Source: a virus
Strand: one strand, 5' to 3'
Virus record (IMG/VR): IMGVR_UViG_3300045988_012275
Length of the DNA: 35,690 nucleotides
The notes beneath the pieces were generated by a model. The model saw only the letters and a program-made list of their open reading frames with translations, had not been told where the DNA came from and did no database searches. The position numbers and the translations under genes were made by a program. Numbering within the stretch: the stretch's first letter is position 1; the number at the start of each line of letters is the position of its first letter. Below, piece after piece: positions 17,821-25,459 of this stretch.

Positions 17821-17917
17821 CTGGGTTTGTGCATCGGTCTGTCAGCGATGCGAGTGTCAAAAAAGTTACCTAGTCATGACAGACTAACAACTCATAGTGG
17901 ATTCGAACCACTACAAG
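17821..17917 (-). ncRNA. Structured element, copy B: tRNA T-arm-like hairpin plus two hairpins; it overlaps the stop codon of the upstream ORF
   Basis: The minus strand begins with CTTG-TAGTGG-TTCGAAT-CCACTA-TGAG (17917-17891). It is followed by hairpin TGTCA/TGACA (17881-17855) and hairpin GCATCG/CGATGC (17851-17831). The 68-nt core is 63/68 identical to copy A. Confidence 0.5.
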
Positions 17918-18618
17918 CCCATAGAGATCGCTTTAAATAGTGTGCGTTTAACACTTTCTTTGTCACGGCCTAGTTCGCCTTTGGTGCGATATTCTAAATA
18001 GATTCTATCAACCTCTTTATCTAGGCTTTCTGGCCACTCATACTTATTAAAGACGTACTTAGCTATCTTACCGAATAGATCTCTAGACAGAAGACCCTCT
18101 AACTGGATTACCTTTCTAGGTGTTAGAATTCCAAGCTCTGTATAGAGTGTATTTATCGCTGTCCGTATGCTATTGGCTTTTTGATATTTGCATCCTTTAA
18201 CATCCATGATGTAAGCGGTGAATCTGTTTGGGTATTTAGCTTTTAATGATTTGATTTCCTCGCAATACTGTTTAAAGAGTTCCTCAGGCAGTCCAGCATT
18301 TCTCTTGTCGGTATCTGGCCGACACTTTACGGAGCTACTAAAACAGTGTTTTGACAGATACTCTTCTATGTCGTTCGCGAGACCATCCGTAAGATATTCA
18401 CGCATATCATTCAATGTCACGAGTGACATCCTAGATCGCTCTTTGGTTACATTATCAAACCTTTGAAAATATTTCCTAGCTTGCAATCGGTCGCACTTCT
18501 TTGTTTCCATTATATGTTTAGTGAGTGTTCTGCGATGTTCTTCCCTCAATGTATCAAACTCTAGAGTTAACCTTTGATGTAACTCTTTAGTCAGTCCTGC
18601 ATACTCAAAACGCTTCAT
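17911..18618 (-). CDS. Hypothetical protein with an internal two-fold repeat
   Basis: The 235-aa ORF has two halves that align: AGLTKELHQRL...TKHIMETKKCDRLQARKYF against AGLPEELFKQY...TAYIMDVKGCKYQKANSIR. I recognise no catalytic motif. Confidence 0.8.
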   Translation of the reverse strand: MKRFEYAGLTKELHQRLTLEFDTLREEHRRTLTKHIMETKKCDRLQARKYFQRFDNVTKERSRMSLVTLNDMREYLTDGLANDIEEYLSKHCFSSSVKCRPDTDKRNAGLPEELFKQYCEEIKSLKAKYPNRFTAYIMDVKGCKYQKANSIRTAINTLYTELGILTPRKVIQLEGLLSRDLFGKIAKYVFNKYEWPESLDKEVDRIYLEYRTKGELGRDKESVKRTLFKAISMGL

Positions 18619-18896
18619 TGCCCTCTTCCTTTCAAATAGCTTGGAACATCATCTCCTACACTTACACTATCGTATTGTTCCTTGGTGACTAGAAACTTAC
18701 CATACGCTCCACAATCAATCGTGTAGAGCTTCCCTATCATCTGCTTACCAGTGATTTTCCCATGCAATACAGTATGGATTACTACAGTCTCGATAGGTCT
18801 GTTAACCACTCGTATGATAGTAGTCACATTGATTACTATTGAAATTAGTAGTAGAATCCTTAGCTGGTTATCTCGTTTTGACAAAGTTGTCATCAA
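18615..18896 (-). CDS. Small membrane-anchored protein (DUF1372-like, streptococcal phage family)
   Basis: The 93-aa ORF has an N-terminal hydrophobic helix (LRILLLISIVINVTTIIRVV). It is coupled to the downstream gene by an ATGA overlap. Confidence 0.6.
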   Translation of the reverse strand: MMTTLSKRDNQLRILLLISIVINVTTIIRVVNRPIETVVIHTVLHGKITGKQMIGKLYTIDCGAYGKFLVTKEQYDSVSVGDDVPSYLKGRGQ

Positions 18897-19380
18897 TCAT
18901 TACTCCTTTCCTGTCCTTAATGTTGTTATAAGCGATTTTAAGGCACTCCTCAACGTCGTAACCGAGTTGTAGGCATAATACCACTAGGGTAACAATAGAA
19001 TCGCCTATAGCGTCTTTTAGAGCCATTTCTGGGTCATCAAAATCGTTTGGTTTTAGAAATACATCTCTAATTTCTCCAACCTCTTCAGTAACCTTCATCC
19101 ACTCGATTTTAGGATTTCCTTTATCCAGTCCGTGACTGATAGCCCACTCGTTAATCTTTGCGATTAGATCAGTGATACTGTCATTTTCAGTTGTATCAAG
19201 ACCTAACAGATAACCAACGCTAACACCGAAAAAGTCTGCTAGTTTTTTGGCTTCCCTTATACTTATTTGACTTGTTCCGTGTTCCCATTTTAAAACATTC
19301 AGTTTTTGCACTCCCATGTGTTCAGCTACATCGACTATTGATAACTTTTTTTCTTTTCGTAACTGTTTAATTCTATTCAC
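18868..19380 (-). CDS. Fusion of an XRE-type HTH domain and a MazG-like nucleotide pyrophosphohydrolase domain
   Basis: The 170-aa ORF has a GTG start with GAGGTGG 5 nt upstream. The N-terminus is an HTH (IKQLRKEKKLSIVDVAEHMGVQKLNVLKWEHGTSQISIREAKKLADFFGVSVGYLLG). The C-terminus carries MazG-type metal-binding motifs (VTEEVGEIRD ... LKDAIGDSIVTLVVLCLQLGYDVEECL...NIKDRKG). Confidence 0.7.
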   Translation of the reverse strand: MNRIKQLRKEKKLSIVDVAEHMGVQKLNVLKWEHGTSQISIREAKKLADFFGVSVGYLLGLDTTENDSITDLIAKINEWAISHGLDKGNPKIEWMKVTEEVGEIRDVFLKPNDFDDPEMALKDAIGDSIVTLVVLCLQLGYDVEECLKIAYNNIKDRKGVMIDDNFVKTR

Positions 19381-19439
19381 TTATTCCACCTCTTCAATCA
19401 CAATGCCTACCAATAGATATTCAACAAAATTCATTTACT

Positions 19440-19556
19440 TCACCCCATGATGATCAAAAAAACAAGAACAAATATAGTAGCACCTACAGTAGCAAAAATT
19501 ACAAAAGCACAAGCAATAGCTACTACCGTCAAAAAAGCTTCTTTTAAGTCGTCCAT
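19440..19556 (-). CDS. Tiny membrane peptide (38 aa)
   Basis: The ATG at 19556 overlaps the upstream stop (TAGATG), with GAGGTGG 5 nt upstream. My translation is MDDLKEAFLTVVAIACAFVIFATVGATIFVLVFLIIMG. Confidence 0.45.
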   Translation of the reverse strand: MDDLKEAFLTVVAIACAFVIFATVGATIFVLVFLIIMG

Positions 19557-19712
19557 CTATTCCACCTCTTCCATTTCCACTTTATATAATTTTAAATTTC
19601 TGTATTTAACACCTCTCAAATGATGCACCCTCTTGATAGCTTCATCTTTATTGTCATAAATTTCTACATCGTCTTCCATGTTGTCATAATATACGATAAC
19701 TTTATATCTCAT
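19557..19712 (-). CDS. Hypothetical small protein (51 aa)
   Basis: The start at 19712 forms an ATGA overlap with the upstream ORF. My translation is MRYKVIVYYDNMEDDVEIYDNKDEAIKRVHHLRGVKYRNLKLYKVEMEEVE. Confidence 0.5.
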   Translation of the reverse strand: MRYKVIVYYDNMEDDVEIYDNKDEAIKRVHHLRGVKYRNLKLYKVEMEEVE

Positions 19713-19882
19713 AAATCTACTAATCTCCTTCCATTTTTTTCACTTGTACGTTTAGCATAAGACGGTGTGCCGTAGCAAGTAACGGAACGCACTGAAATTC
19801 TTAATTGTTCAGCTATTTCACGTTTCGTACCCATTGCTATGATTTCTTCGCCTTTATATAAAGCATATTCCTTTACTTGCAT
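19709..19882 (-). CDS. Hypothetical small HTH-like protein (57 aa)
   Basis: The ATG is at 19882. My translation is MQVKEYALYKGEEIIAMGTKREIAEQLRISVRSVTCYGTPSYAKRTSEKNGRRLVDL. The central segment looks like a helix-turn-helix. The RBS is weak. Confidence 0.45.
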   Translation of the reverse strand: MQVKEYALYKGEEIIAMGTKREIAEQLRISVRSVTCYGTPSYAKRTSEKNGRRLVDL

Positions 19883-20118
19883 AGTTCTATCATATCTTTC
19901 AACAATTTCTCGTCTGGTAACTGTTCCAACGTCAATATGCGATTGAGTTTATTATTACCAATACCTAGCTTAATTGCCACTGCACCTTTCTTTTGATGCG
20001 TAGCATAAAACCAGTTATTGAAATACTCTACACGTTCTAATACAGTTATATGTTCGTCATATGGCCGAGGTGCATATTTAATGCCAGCCATATGGTCATT
20101 CCACCGTTTTACCATCAA
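19873..20118 (-). CDS. Hypothetical protein (81 aa)
   Basis: This track ORF is in series with its neighbours and overlaps the VRR-NUC stop. I recognise no motif. Confidence 0.6.
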   Translation of the reverse strand: MMVKRWNDHMAGIKYAPRPYDEHITVLERVEYFNNWFYATHQKKGAVAIKLGIGNNKLNRILTLEQLPDEKLLKDMIELCK

Positions 20119-20419
20119 CTATCTCCAGTGCTTCTTTTACACTTCTTGCCACTCCTACGAGTGCTCCTCGTTTTTTCATGGCATCCATAAATTTCTTTTG
20201 GTCGTCTCTCAAACGACCTTTTTCATTTTTTACTTCGATGAAGAATATCTGTCCATCTGGTCTAAATCCAAACAAGTCACAAAAACCTTTTGGTGCTCCA
20301 GTGTCGAACCAACGTCCATCAGCCATTCTGACTTTACCAACGTTAATTCGAAATACCATATAGCCAGCTTTAGATAATTCCACTCGTATTTGATTTTGAA
20401 TTAGTGATTCTGTGGTCAT
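20096..20419 (-). CDS. VRR-NUC domain nuclease
   Basis: The 107-aa ORF carries a PD-(D/E)XK-type motif (GFCDLFGFRPDGQIFFIEVKNEKGRLRDDQKKF). Confidence 0.75.
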   Translation of the reverse strand: MTTESLIQNQIRVELSKAGYMVFRINVGKVRMADGRWFDTGAPKGFCDLFGFRPDGQIFFIEVKNEKGRLRDDQKKFMDAMKKRGALVGVARSVKEALEIVDGKTVE

Positions 20420-20430
20420 ATATCTCCTAA

Positions 20431-20470
20431 TTGTTATTGCCTAGTTATCATTGTTATTGCCTAGTTATCA
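20431..20470. repeat. Perfect tandem direct repeat, 2 x 20 bp (ttgttattgcctagttatca)
   Basis: Direct reading shows 20431-20450 is identical to 20451-20470. Confidence 0.95.
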
Positions 20471-20705
20471 CTTAAATAACCACTACAAACCCTTATATAT
20501 CAAGGTTTCCGGCCACTTTAGTTACTCAGTTACACGTTTTTTTGATGTCTCTCTCTATATATATATATATTTATTTATTTATTTATTATAAATATATATA
20601 AAAGTAGTAACTAAGTAACTAAAGCAACCGAAACCCTTTATTTTCAATGGGTTTGACGGTTACATGTTGCGATAACCTGCGGTTACTGAGTAACCATAAC
20701 CACTA
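20431..20705. other. Candidate origin of replication
   Basis: This noncoding stretch lies immediately downstream of the primase/helicase gene. It has tandem 20-mers and an 18-bp inverted repeat (ctttagttactcagttac at 20516-20533 versus gtaactaagtaactaaag at 20607-20624). The inverted repeat flanks a (CT)n(TA)n(TTTA)n low-complexity AT tract at about 20549-20600. A near-palindrome, ggttactgagtaacc, lies at 20691-20705. The position matches the ori described for Sfi21-type phages. Confidence 0.65.
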
Positions 20706-22203
20706 CTGCTGCTTTATTCGCCTCGTTTTCGTCCCAATTAAAATTGAAATCATGCCAATAAACTGGCTTATCTTTAGTTGGGTTAAAAAAATCAAGAGGT
20801 CTTTGTCTATCTTTTATCCAACCAACTGGTAAATTCTGTGCTAACTCTTTTTCAAAGTTAGATTTTTTAGGTATAGTATGATTTCCCTCATGACACCATG
20901 AGCGGTATACATCCCACAAGAACCTAACTGGAATTCGAGTGGAAACGACATCTGACAAGTATTCATTAAGGAATTTATAAACTGTGTTATTCTCTTCCTT
21001 AAATTCTTGCATACGTTCTTGTGTCGCTTTTGGTTCGTTGAATTTGTCAAAATCTAAATTAATTGCTTTCCAAAGAACATATTCCAAAACTTCTTTACGA
21101 TTGATGTAATCATCCTTAATTGCCCAATTGTCATCGTTGATGCCAAATGTTTTCTTGAATGGGATAATCACGATACGTCGATATGTCCCGTTTGATTTGT
21201 TTTTAAACACTGGCATAGCGTTGGTAGACTGGATAACCGTTTTCTTAAATTGCGCTAAGTAAGGATTTTCTCCTTTTTTCTCAATTGAAACTGGTTCACC
21301 AGTAACGACTGAGTTAAAATTGGAAGATTCATCTACATATATACCAGCTTGGACATCGTCACCAATGATAACTGTCTTCCCTTCGATAATGGCAAGACCG
21401 AAACGTTCAGAAAATTGATTAAGTTTTAATGGTGCTACGTTTTTTAATCCAACCAAATTGCTAATTAACTGTTGAAACGTACCCTTACCATCGTTACCGT
21501 TACCAACTAACCAAATCGATTTTCGATAAGAGTGGTTACCATTCAGCGATGCTGCAATGACTTGCCATAGTAATTCGACAAGCTCACTATCACCACTCAT
21601 TAAATCAAGCAACCAACTATCAACATCCCATCCGTTTATGGTAGGTTTAGGGGCATTCTCAACTAATTCTGTTTCAATTGTACTGAAGTTAATAAACTTA
21701 TAGTCAAACGATAGCAGCTTCTTCTTTTTCTTGTCGTAGATGCCATTCTTAACGAGTATAAAGCGTCTTACGTCTCTATACTCTGGTTCAAAGTCCATAT
21801 ACATGTTATTATATTCATATTCCCTGCTCATGTTTGATAGCAAGAATAGAACATTGCGGCATTTTGTTTCATTGAATGTGGGTTCTAAGACATAGATAAG
21901 CTGGTAGGCATATCTGTAATCTTTTTGGTAGTATCCACGCTCTGGATCATATATAGCTACTTTCCCATTTTCGAGGGTAATAACATGAGTGTATTTATTT
22001 AAACCTTTAGCTACTGCTAATTCTGGCAATGCCTTTGGTTCTTTTTTATCTGGATTTTCTTCCTTGAATTTTTCAAAACAGTCGTTTCGGTAGGCTTTAA
22101 GCTTATTCTTAATTCCCTCTCTGCTGCTCGGTTTACCTGGTGAGAGACTAGAGCTTGCAATTTGTTCTCTGTAATAATCGAAATCAATCGTTGTCAAGTC
22201 CAA
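20683..22203 (-). CDS. Phage/plasmid primase-helicase (P4/D5 family C-terminal domain)
   Basis: The 506-aa ORF has a Walker A motif (VGNGNDGKGT) and a Walker-B-like motif (VIIGDD). It lies downstream of the PrimPol gene. Confidence 0.85.
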   Translation of the reverse strand: MDLTTIDFDYYREQIASSSLSPGKPSSREGIKNKLKAYRNDCFEKFKEENPDKKEPKALPELAVAKGLNKYTHVITLENGKVAIYDPERGYYQKDYRYAYQLIYVLEPTFNETKCRNVLFLLSNMSREYEYNNMYMDFEPEYRDVRRFILVKNGIYDKKKKKLLSFDYKFINFSTIETELVENAPKPTINGWDVDSWLLDLMSGDSELVELLWQVIAASLNGNHSYRKSIWLVGNGNDGKGTFQQLISNLVGLKNVAPLKLNQFSERFGLAIIEGKTVIIGDDVQAGIYVDESSNFNSVVTGEPVSIEKKGENPYLAQFKKTVIQSTNAMPVFKNKSNGTYRRIVIIPFKKTFGINDDNWAIKDDYINRKEVLEYVLWKAINLDFDKFNEPKATQERMQEFKEENNTVYKFLNEYLSDVVSTRIPVRFLWDVYRSWCHEGNHTIPKKSNFEKELAQNLPVGWIKDRQRPLDFFNPTKDKPVYWHDFNFNWDENEANKAAVVVMVTQ

Positions 22204-22999
22204 TCCTCCTTATCTCTTTGTCTAACATGCTCTTAAATGTCCTTTCAAATTCCTTATCATCCAACGGCTCGGATGTGTTACTGTTTGCCATCTTTGCGAG
22301 ATGGTAAGTAATTTCTGGATCAACCCCTCGAAGGAGTAGTCCGCCAACAAACTCGGCTAGGGCGTTATTTCGTCCTCCTTGATCTCCAAAACCTAGTAAG
22401 ATGCTCTCGAATAACTTTGTGGTTTTTGTACTTCTAACACTGTCACTAGCAAACGATGAGACTTCATAGCTTAATGGTTCTGGTTTCATTTTCTGCAATA
22501 CTTTTATCAACGCAAGAGGTGCTTCTGTTATGCTTCCATCTTTTGGCGAATGCACTTTATCCCATTCATAGTATCCTTTGGAATTATTGGACGGTGGCAC
22601 TAATATATAGTTATTAACGTGTGCCTTGATATCCACTCCCTCAATCATCCCAATATTTTGCGATATAGGATGGTTGGGGTCTTTTTTTAAGTAGATATGT
22701 CTCCCACCGCTGGGGGTTATAGCTTGCAATGTTGGGGGTATAAGTCTTGCATGTTCCCAATTCCTTAAATTAGTTAAACCGTCAACATCGCCATGCATGT
22801 CCACGTCAATGACAAAGAATGTATCTGTTCTAAGTGCAATGTTAGCATCTGGATTATCTCGCCACACCCTCCGAATGTCGTTTTCAGTCATTGGTGGTTT
22901 GTCAGCGAAAGAAATAAGAGGGGTTTTGCCATTCTTTGAGATAGGGATAACAGAATAGCCCATGCGTTGATAGTTGATTGCGTAATCAACCATCTCCAT
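22184..22999 (-). CDS. Bifunctional primase/polymerase (PrimPol) N-terminal domain protein
   Basis: The 271-aa ORF carries YSVIPISKNGKTPL and an acidic motif FFVIDVDMHGD, both typical of the Prim-Pol fold. Confidence 0.75.
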   Translation of the reverse strand: MEMVDYAINYQRMGYSVIPISKNGKTPLISFADKPPMTENDIRRVWRDNPDANIALRTDTFFVIDVDMHGDVDGLTNLRNWEHARLIPPTLQAITPSGGRHIYLKKDPNHPISQNIGMIEGVDIKAHVNNYILVPPSNNSKGYYEWDKVHSPKDGSITEAPLALIKVLQKMKPEPLSYEVSSFASDSVRSTKTTKLFESILLGFGDQGGRNNALAEFVGGLLLRGVDPEITYHLAKMANSNTSEPLDDKEFERTFKSMLDKEIRRIGLDND

Positions 23000-23001
23000 A
23001 A

Positions 23002-23457
23002 TTAGAATGGAAGGTCAATTTCTGAAATCTCAGTATTAACTTCTGGAAGTGGGATATCGGTAACTTCCAAACGTTTAACGTTTAGATTTTCGTAGGTTTT
23101 ACCTTGCCACTCAGATTTTTCGTTTTTAACGGTAACTTTAAGAGCTTTTCCTTCCAACTGGTTGAGATAATCTTCCAAGCTACTAAATTTAGTACCATCA
23201 GGAATTCCTGAGGCTTTAGCAAGGTTCATGATAGAAGCTACTGGATATTTTCCGTCTTCTTTTTTAGCAAAGATACGATAGAAAATAATGTTATTTTGGA
23301 ATTCTTGTTGGAAGTCCTTGCGAATACGGAAACGGATGTCAAGGTAGTCAGCTCCTCCTTGAGTAGCATCTTGTTTTGCTAAATCAATAGTAACTTCGTA
23401 AGTACCGTCTTTGATAGATCCGAATTCTTTTGCTTGTGAGTAATCAATTGTAAACAT
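23002..23457 (-). CDS. DUF669-family protein (SSB-like, acidic C-terminal tail)
   Basis: The 151-aa ORF ends ...EISEIDLPF, resembling SSB C-terminal tips. It sits in the replication module between the helicase and PrimPol genes. Confidence 0.65.
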   Translation of the reverse strand: MFTIDYSQAKEFGSIKDGTYEVTIDLAKQDATQGGADYLDIRFRIRKDFQQEFQNNIIFYRIFAKKEDGKYPVASIMNLAKASGIPDGTKFSSLEDYLNQLEGKALKVTVKNEKSEWQGKTYENLNVKRLEVTDIPLPEVNTEISEIDLPF

Positions 23458-23463
23458 AGTTTT

Positions 23464-24801
23464 TTATCTCCATATATTTTTTTCTTTTTGTTGGTAATAA
23501 ACCCAACCGGGCTTATATCCGTGTTGTTTAGCGAACTCTTTGAGTTCTTCTACTGTTTGGCATTGGTCACTAGTAACGAAAGTTTCAACTTTACTAGCAA
23601 CCTCTTGCCGTCTTTCTTCGAGTTCTATTTCTCGAATTATTTCAACTTCTTCTTTTGTCGGTTTGTTTTCGTGACCACACATCGGACAGATACGTTCAGC
23701 ACTCCAAAAAGTTGCGTAACATTCATCACAAGTCCGAGTTGTTGGTTCACCGAGTTTAAGTTTTTTCTTGGTTTTATTAACACCTTTTAGTGACCATTCA
23801 CGGTCGGCGTTTGGAAGTCCATGCCTATCTACATTTCCAACGTGGTCGATGATAATAGCTGTTTTGCCCTCTCTTGGGTTTAAAGCCCTCATGGCAAACT
23901 GTAAATAGAGTGATAACGATTGAGTAGGTCTTAACATGATGCAAACATCAACGTTTGGAAGGTCAATTCCTTCAGTGAATAGCTCACAATTAACCATTAT
24001 TGTAAGTTTTCCGTCTCTAAAGGCTTGCATTGCCCTATCTCGCACCTCTGGTGGGGTTTTACCACTGATTGCGATAGAAGTATAGCCTTGCTCGTTAAAC
24101 GTGTTAGAAACGCTCTCAGAAGCTTCTACGCTATGTGTATATACTATAGCTTGTTCGCCTTTGGCTAACTTCTCATAGTGTCTTATAACGTCACCGTAAA
24201 TCACACGTTTCATTGTGTCGTCTACAGATTTCTTAGTAAACTCTCCACCACGTTTTTTTAAGTTTGTGGTGTCAATTAAAGAAGGGGCGTAATATTTAAA
24301 CGGTGCGATGTTTCCGTTGTCTTGTAGCCATTTTACTGGCTTACCAAGAACGATGTCGTCTGCGATATCATCAAACCCACTGCCATCTAATCGGATAGGT
24401 GTGCCAGTGAAAAATAATTGCGTTGCATCTTTGAAAAAATTCAAGATAGTCTGATATTGTTTAGCTTTGATATGATGAGCTTCATCAACTAATATCACAT
24501 CAAATTTAGGTAATTTATCTAGCTTTTTAACAAGGCTTCCTACTGTTCCGATGGTGACATTATCAAGATTGACTTCACAACGTTCAAAGGTTTTTATAAC
24601 TTGCTCATTAATCTCTTTACGATGACTAAAGAACAATACTTTTTTGTTTTTATCAGTGGCATTTTTAGCGATGTAAGCCATCACTACTGTTTTCCCACTT
24701 CGAGGGGGCGATTGAACCATGATTTTGCGATTGCCTCGCTTCATAGATTCTATGATGTCAGTTATTAGTTCCTTCTGGTAGTCCCGTAGTGAAAAGCTCA
24801 T
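23464..24801 (-). CDS. DEAD/DEAH-box (SF2) helicase
   Basis: The 445-aa ORF has Walker A (SPPRSGKTVVMA) and DEAH (ILVDEAHHI) motifs. Its C-terminus contains a Cys4 zinc ribbon (CDECYATF...CPMCGH). Confidence 0.85.
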   Translation of the reverse strand: MSFSLRDYQKELITDIIESMKRGNRKIMVQSPPRSGKTVVMAYIAKNATDKNKKVLFFSHRKEINEQVIKTFERCEVNLDNVTIGTVGSLVKKLDKLPKFDVILVDEAHHIKAKQYQTILNFFKDATQLFFTGTPIRLDGSGFDDIADDIVLGKPVKWLQDNGNIAPFKYYAPSLIDTTNLKKRGGEFTKKSVDDTMKRVIYGDVIRHYEKLAKGEQAIVYTHSVEASESVSNTFNEQGYTSIAISGKTPPEVRDRAMQAFRDGKLTIMVNCELFTEGIDLPNVDVCIMLRPTQSLSLYLQFAMRALNPREGKTAIIIDHVGNVDRHGLPNADREWSLKGVNKTKKKLKLGEPTTRTCDECYATFWSAERICPMCGHENKPTKEEVEIIREIELEERRQEVASKVETFVTSDQCQTVEELKEFAKQHGYKPGWVYYQQKEKNIWR

Positions 24802-25459
24802 CTACCTTACACCCCTTTCGCTCATCTAAGCGGTTTTTGGCGTAGACACTTGCCGATGGTTGCAAGATGAAACCTCTCACTTCATCGCCATCTTCAGTAG
24901 TTTTTTTAACAAGTCGAGCAACCACGTCCGTCAGTCCAAGGAAGTTATTCAAGATTTTTGAGCGAATATCTGGCATAGCACGGTTGTAAATCATGCCATT
25001 CTCGTCTGTCCATTGGTCTGATGTTTCCCATGCAATAAATACAATCCGTTTGTTTAATTGCAATAATGCTCTCAAACTATCAAGGATAGTAAAATCAACC
25101 CGCTGATAATCGGCTTGTGATGGAACACGGTTGTTGTTCCCTTCTCGACCAAGGTTGGACAAGCAAGCTCGGAATAGTTCTGAAACATTGTCGATAACAA
25201 TTGTGTCGTAGGGTTGTCCAGCACCTTTTAAAAGTTCCTTGACGATTGTTAGCCATTCATCCCAAATTTTGTGAGTGTCCACGTCTGCAATATCGATGTT
25301 TCTACAACCACTTAATACTTTGGCTGATTTATCGATATTGATAACCAGTGTTTTTCCAGGTATATATTTGACTGCTGAAGTCTTACCGAATCCTGGATTC
25401 CCGTAGATAAGATAACAAGCATCGTTATTTTTTAATTCTGTTGCTTTGGTAATTTTCAT
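24758..25459 (-). CDS. AAA ATPase (AAA_24 / Sak4-like RecA-fold protein)
   Basis: The 233-aa ORF has Walker A (IYGNPGFGKTS) and Walker-B-like (TIVIDNVSE) motifs. Confidence 0.75.
   Translation of the reverse strand: MKITKATELKNNDACYLIYGNPGFGKTSAVKYIPGKTLVINIDKSAKVLSGCRNIDIADVDTHKIWDEWLTIVKELLKGAGQPYDTIVIDNVSELFRACLSNLGREGNNNRVPSQADYQRVDFTILDSLRALLQLNKRIVFIAWETSDQWTDENGMIYNRAMPDIRSKILNNFLGLTDVVARLVKKTTEDGDEVRGFILQPSASVYAKNRLDERKGCKVDELFTTGLPEGTNN

Noticed and set aside
17634-17917. Calling the two GGTTCGAATCC-containing units genuine tRNA genes
   Set aside because: Only a T-arm plus a 3' acceptor-like strand is present. I could not find a matching 5' acceptor strand, D-arm or anticodon arm at tRNA spacing, and there is no CCA. 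For unit B the upstream sequence is protein-coding. I therefore report them as tRNA-like structured elements.
20431-20470. The 20-bp direct repeats as a possible CRISPR array
   Set aside because: There are only two abutting copies and no spacers. The context is an AT-rich origin next to the primase gene.
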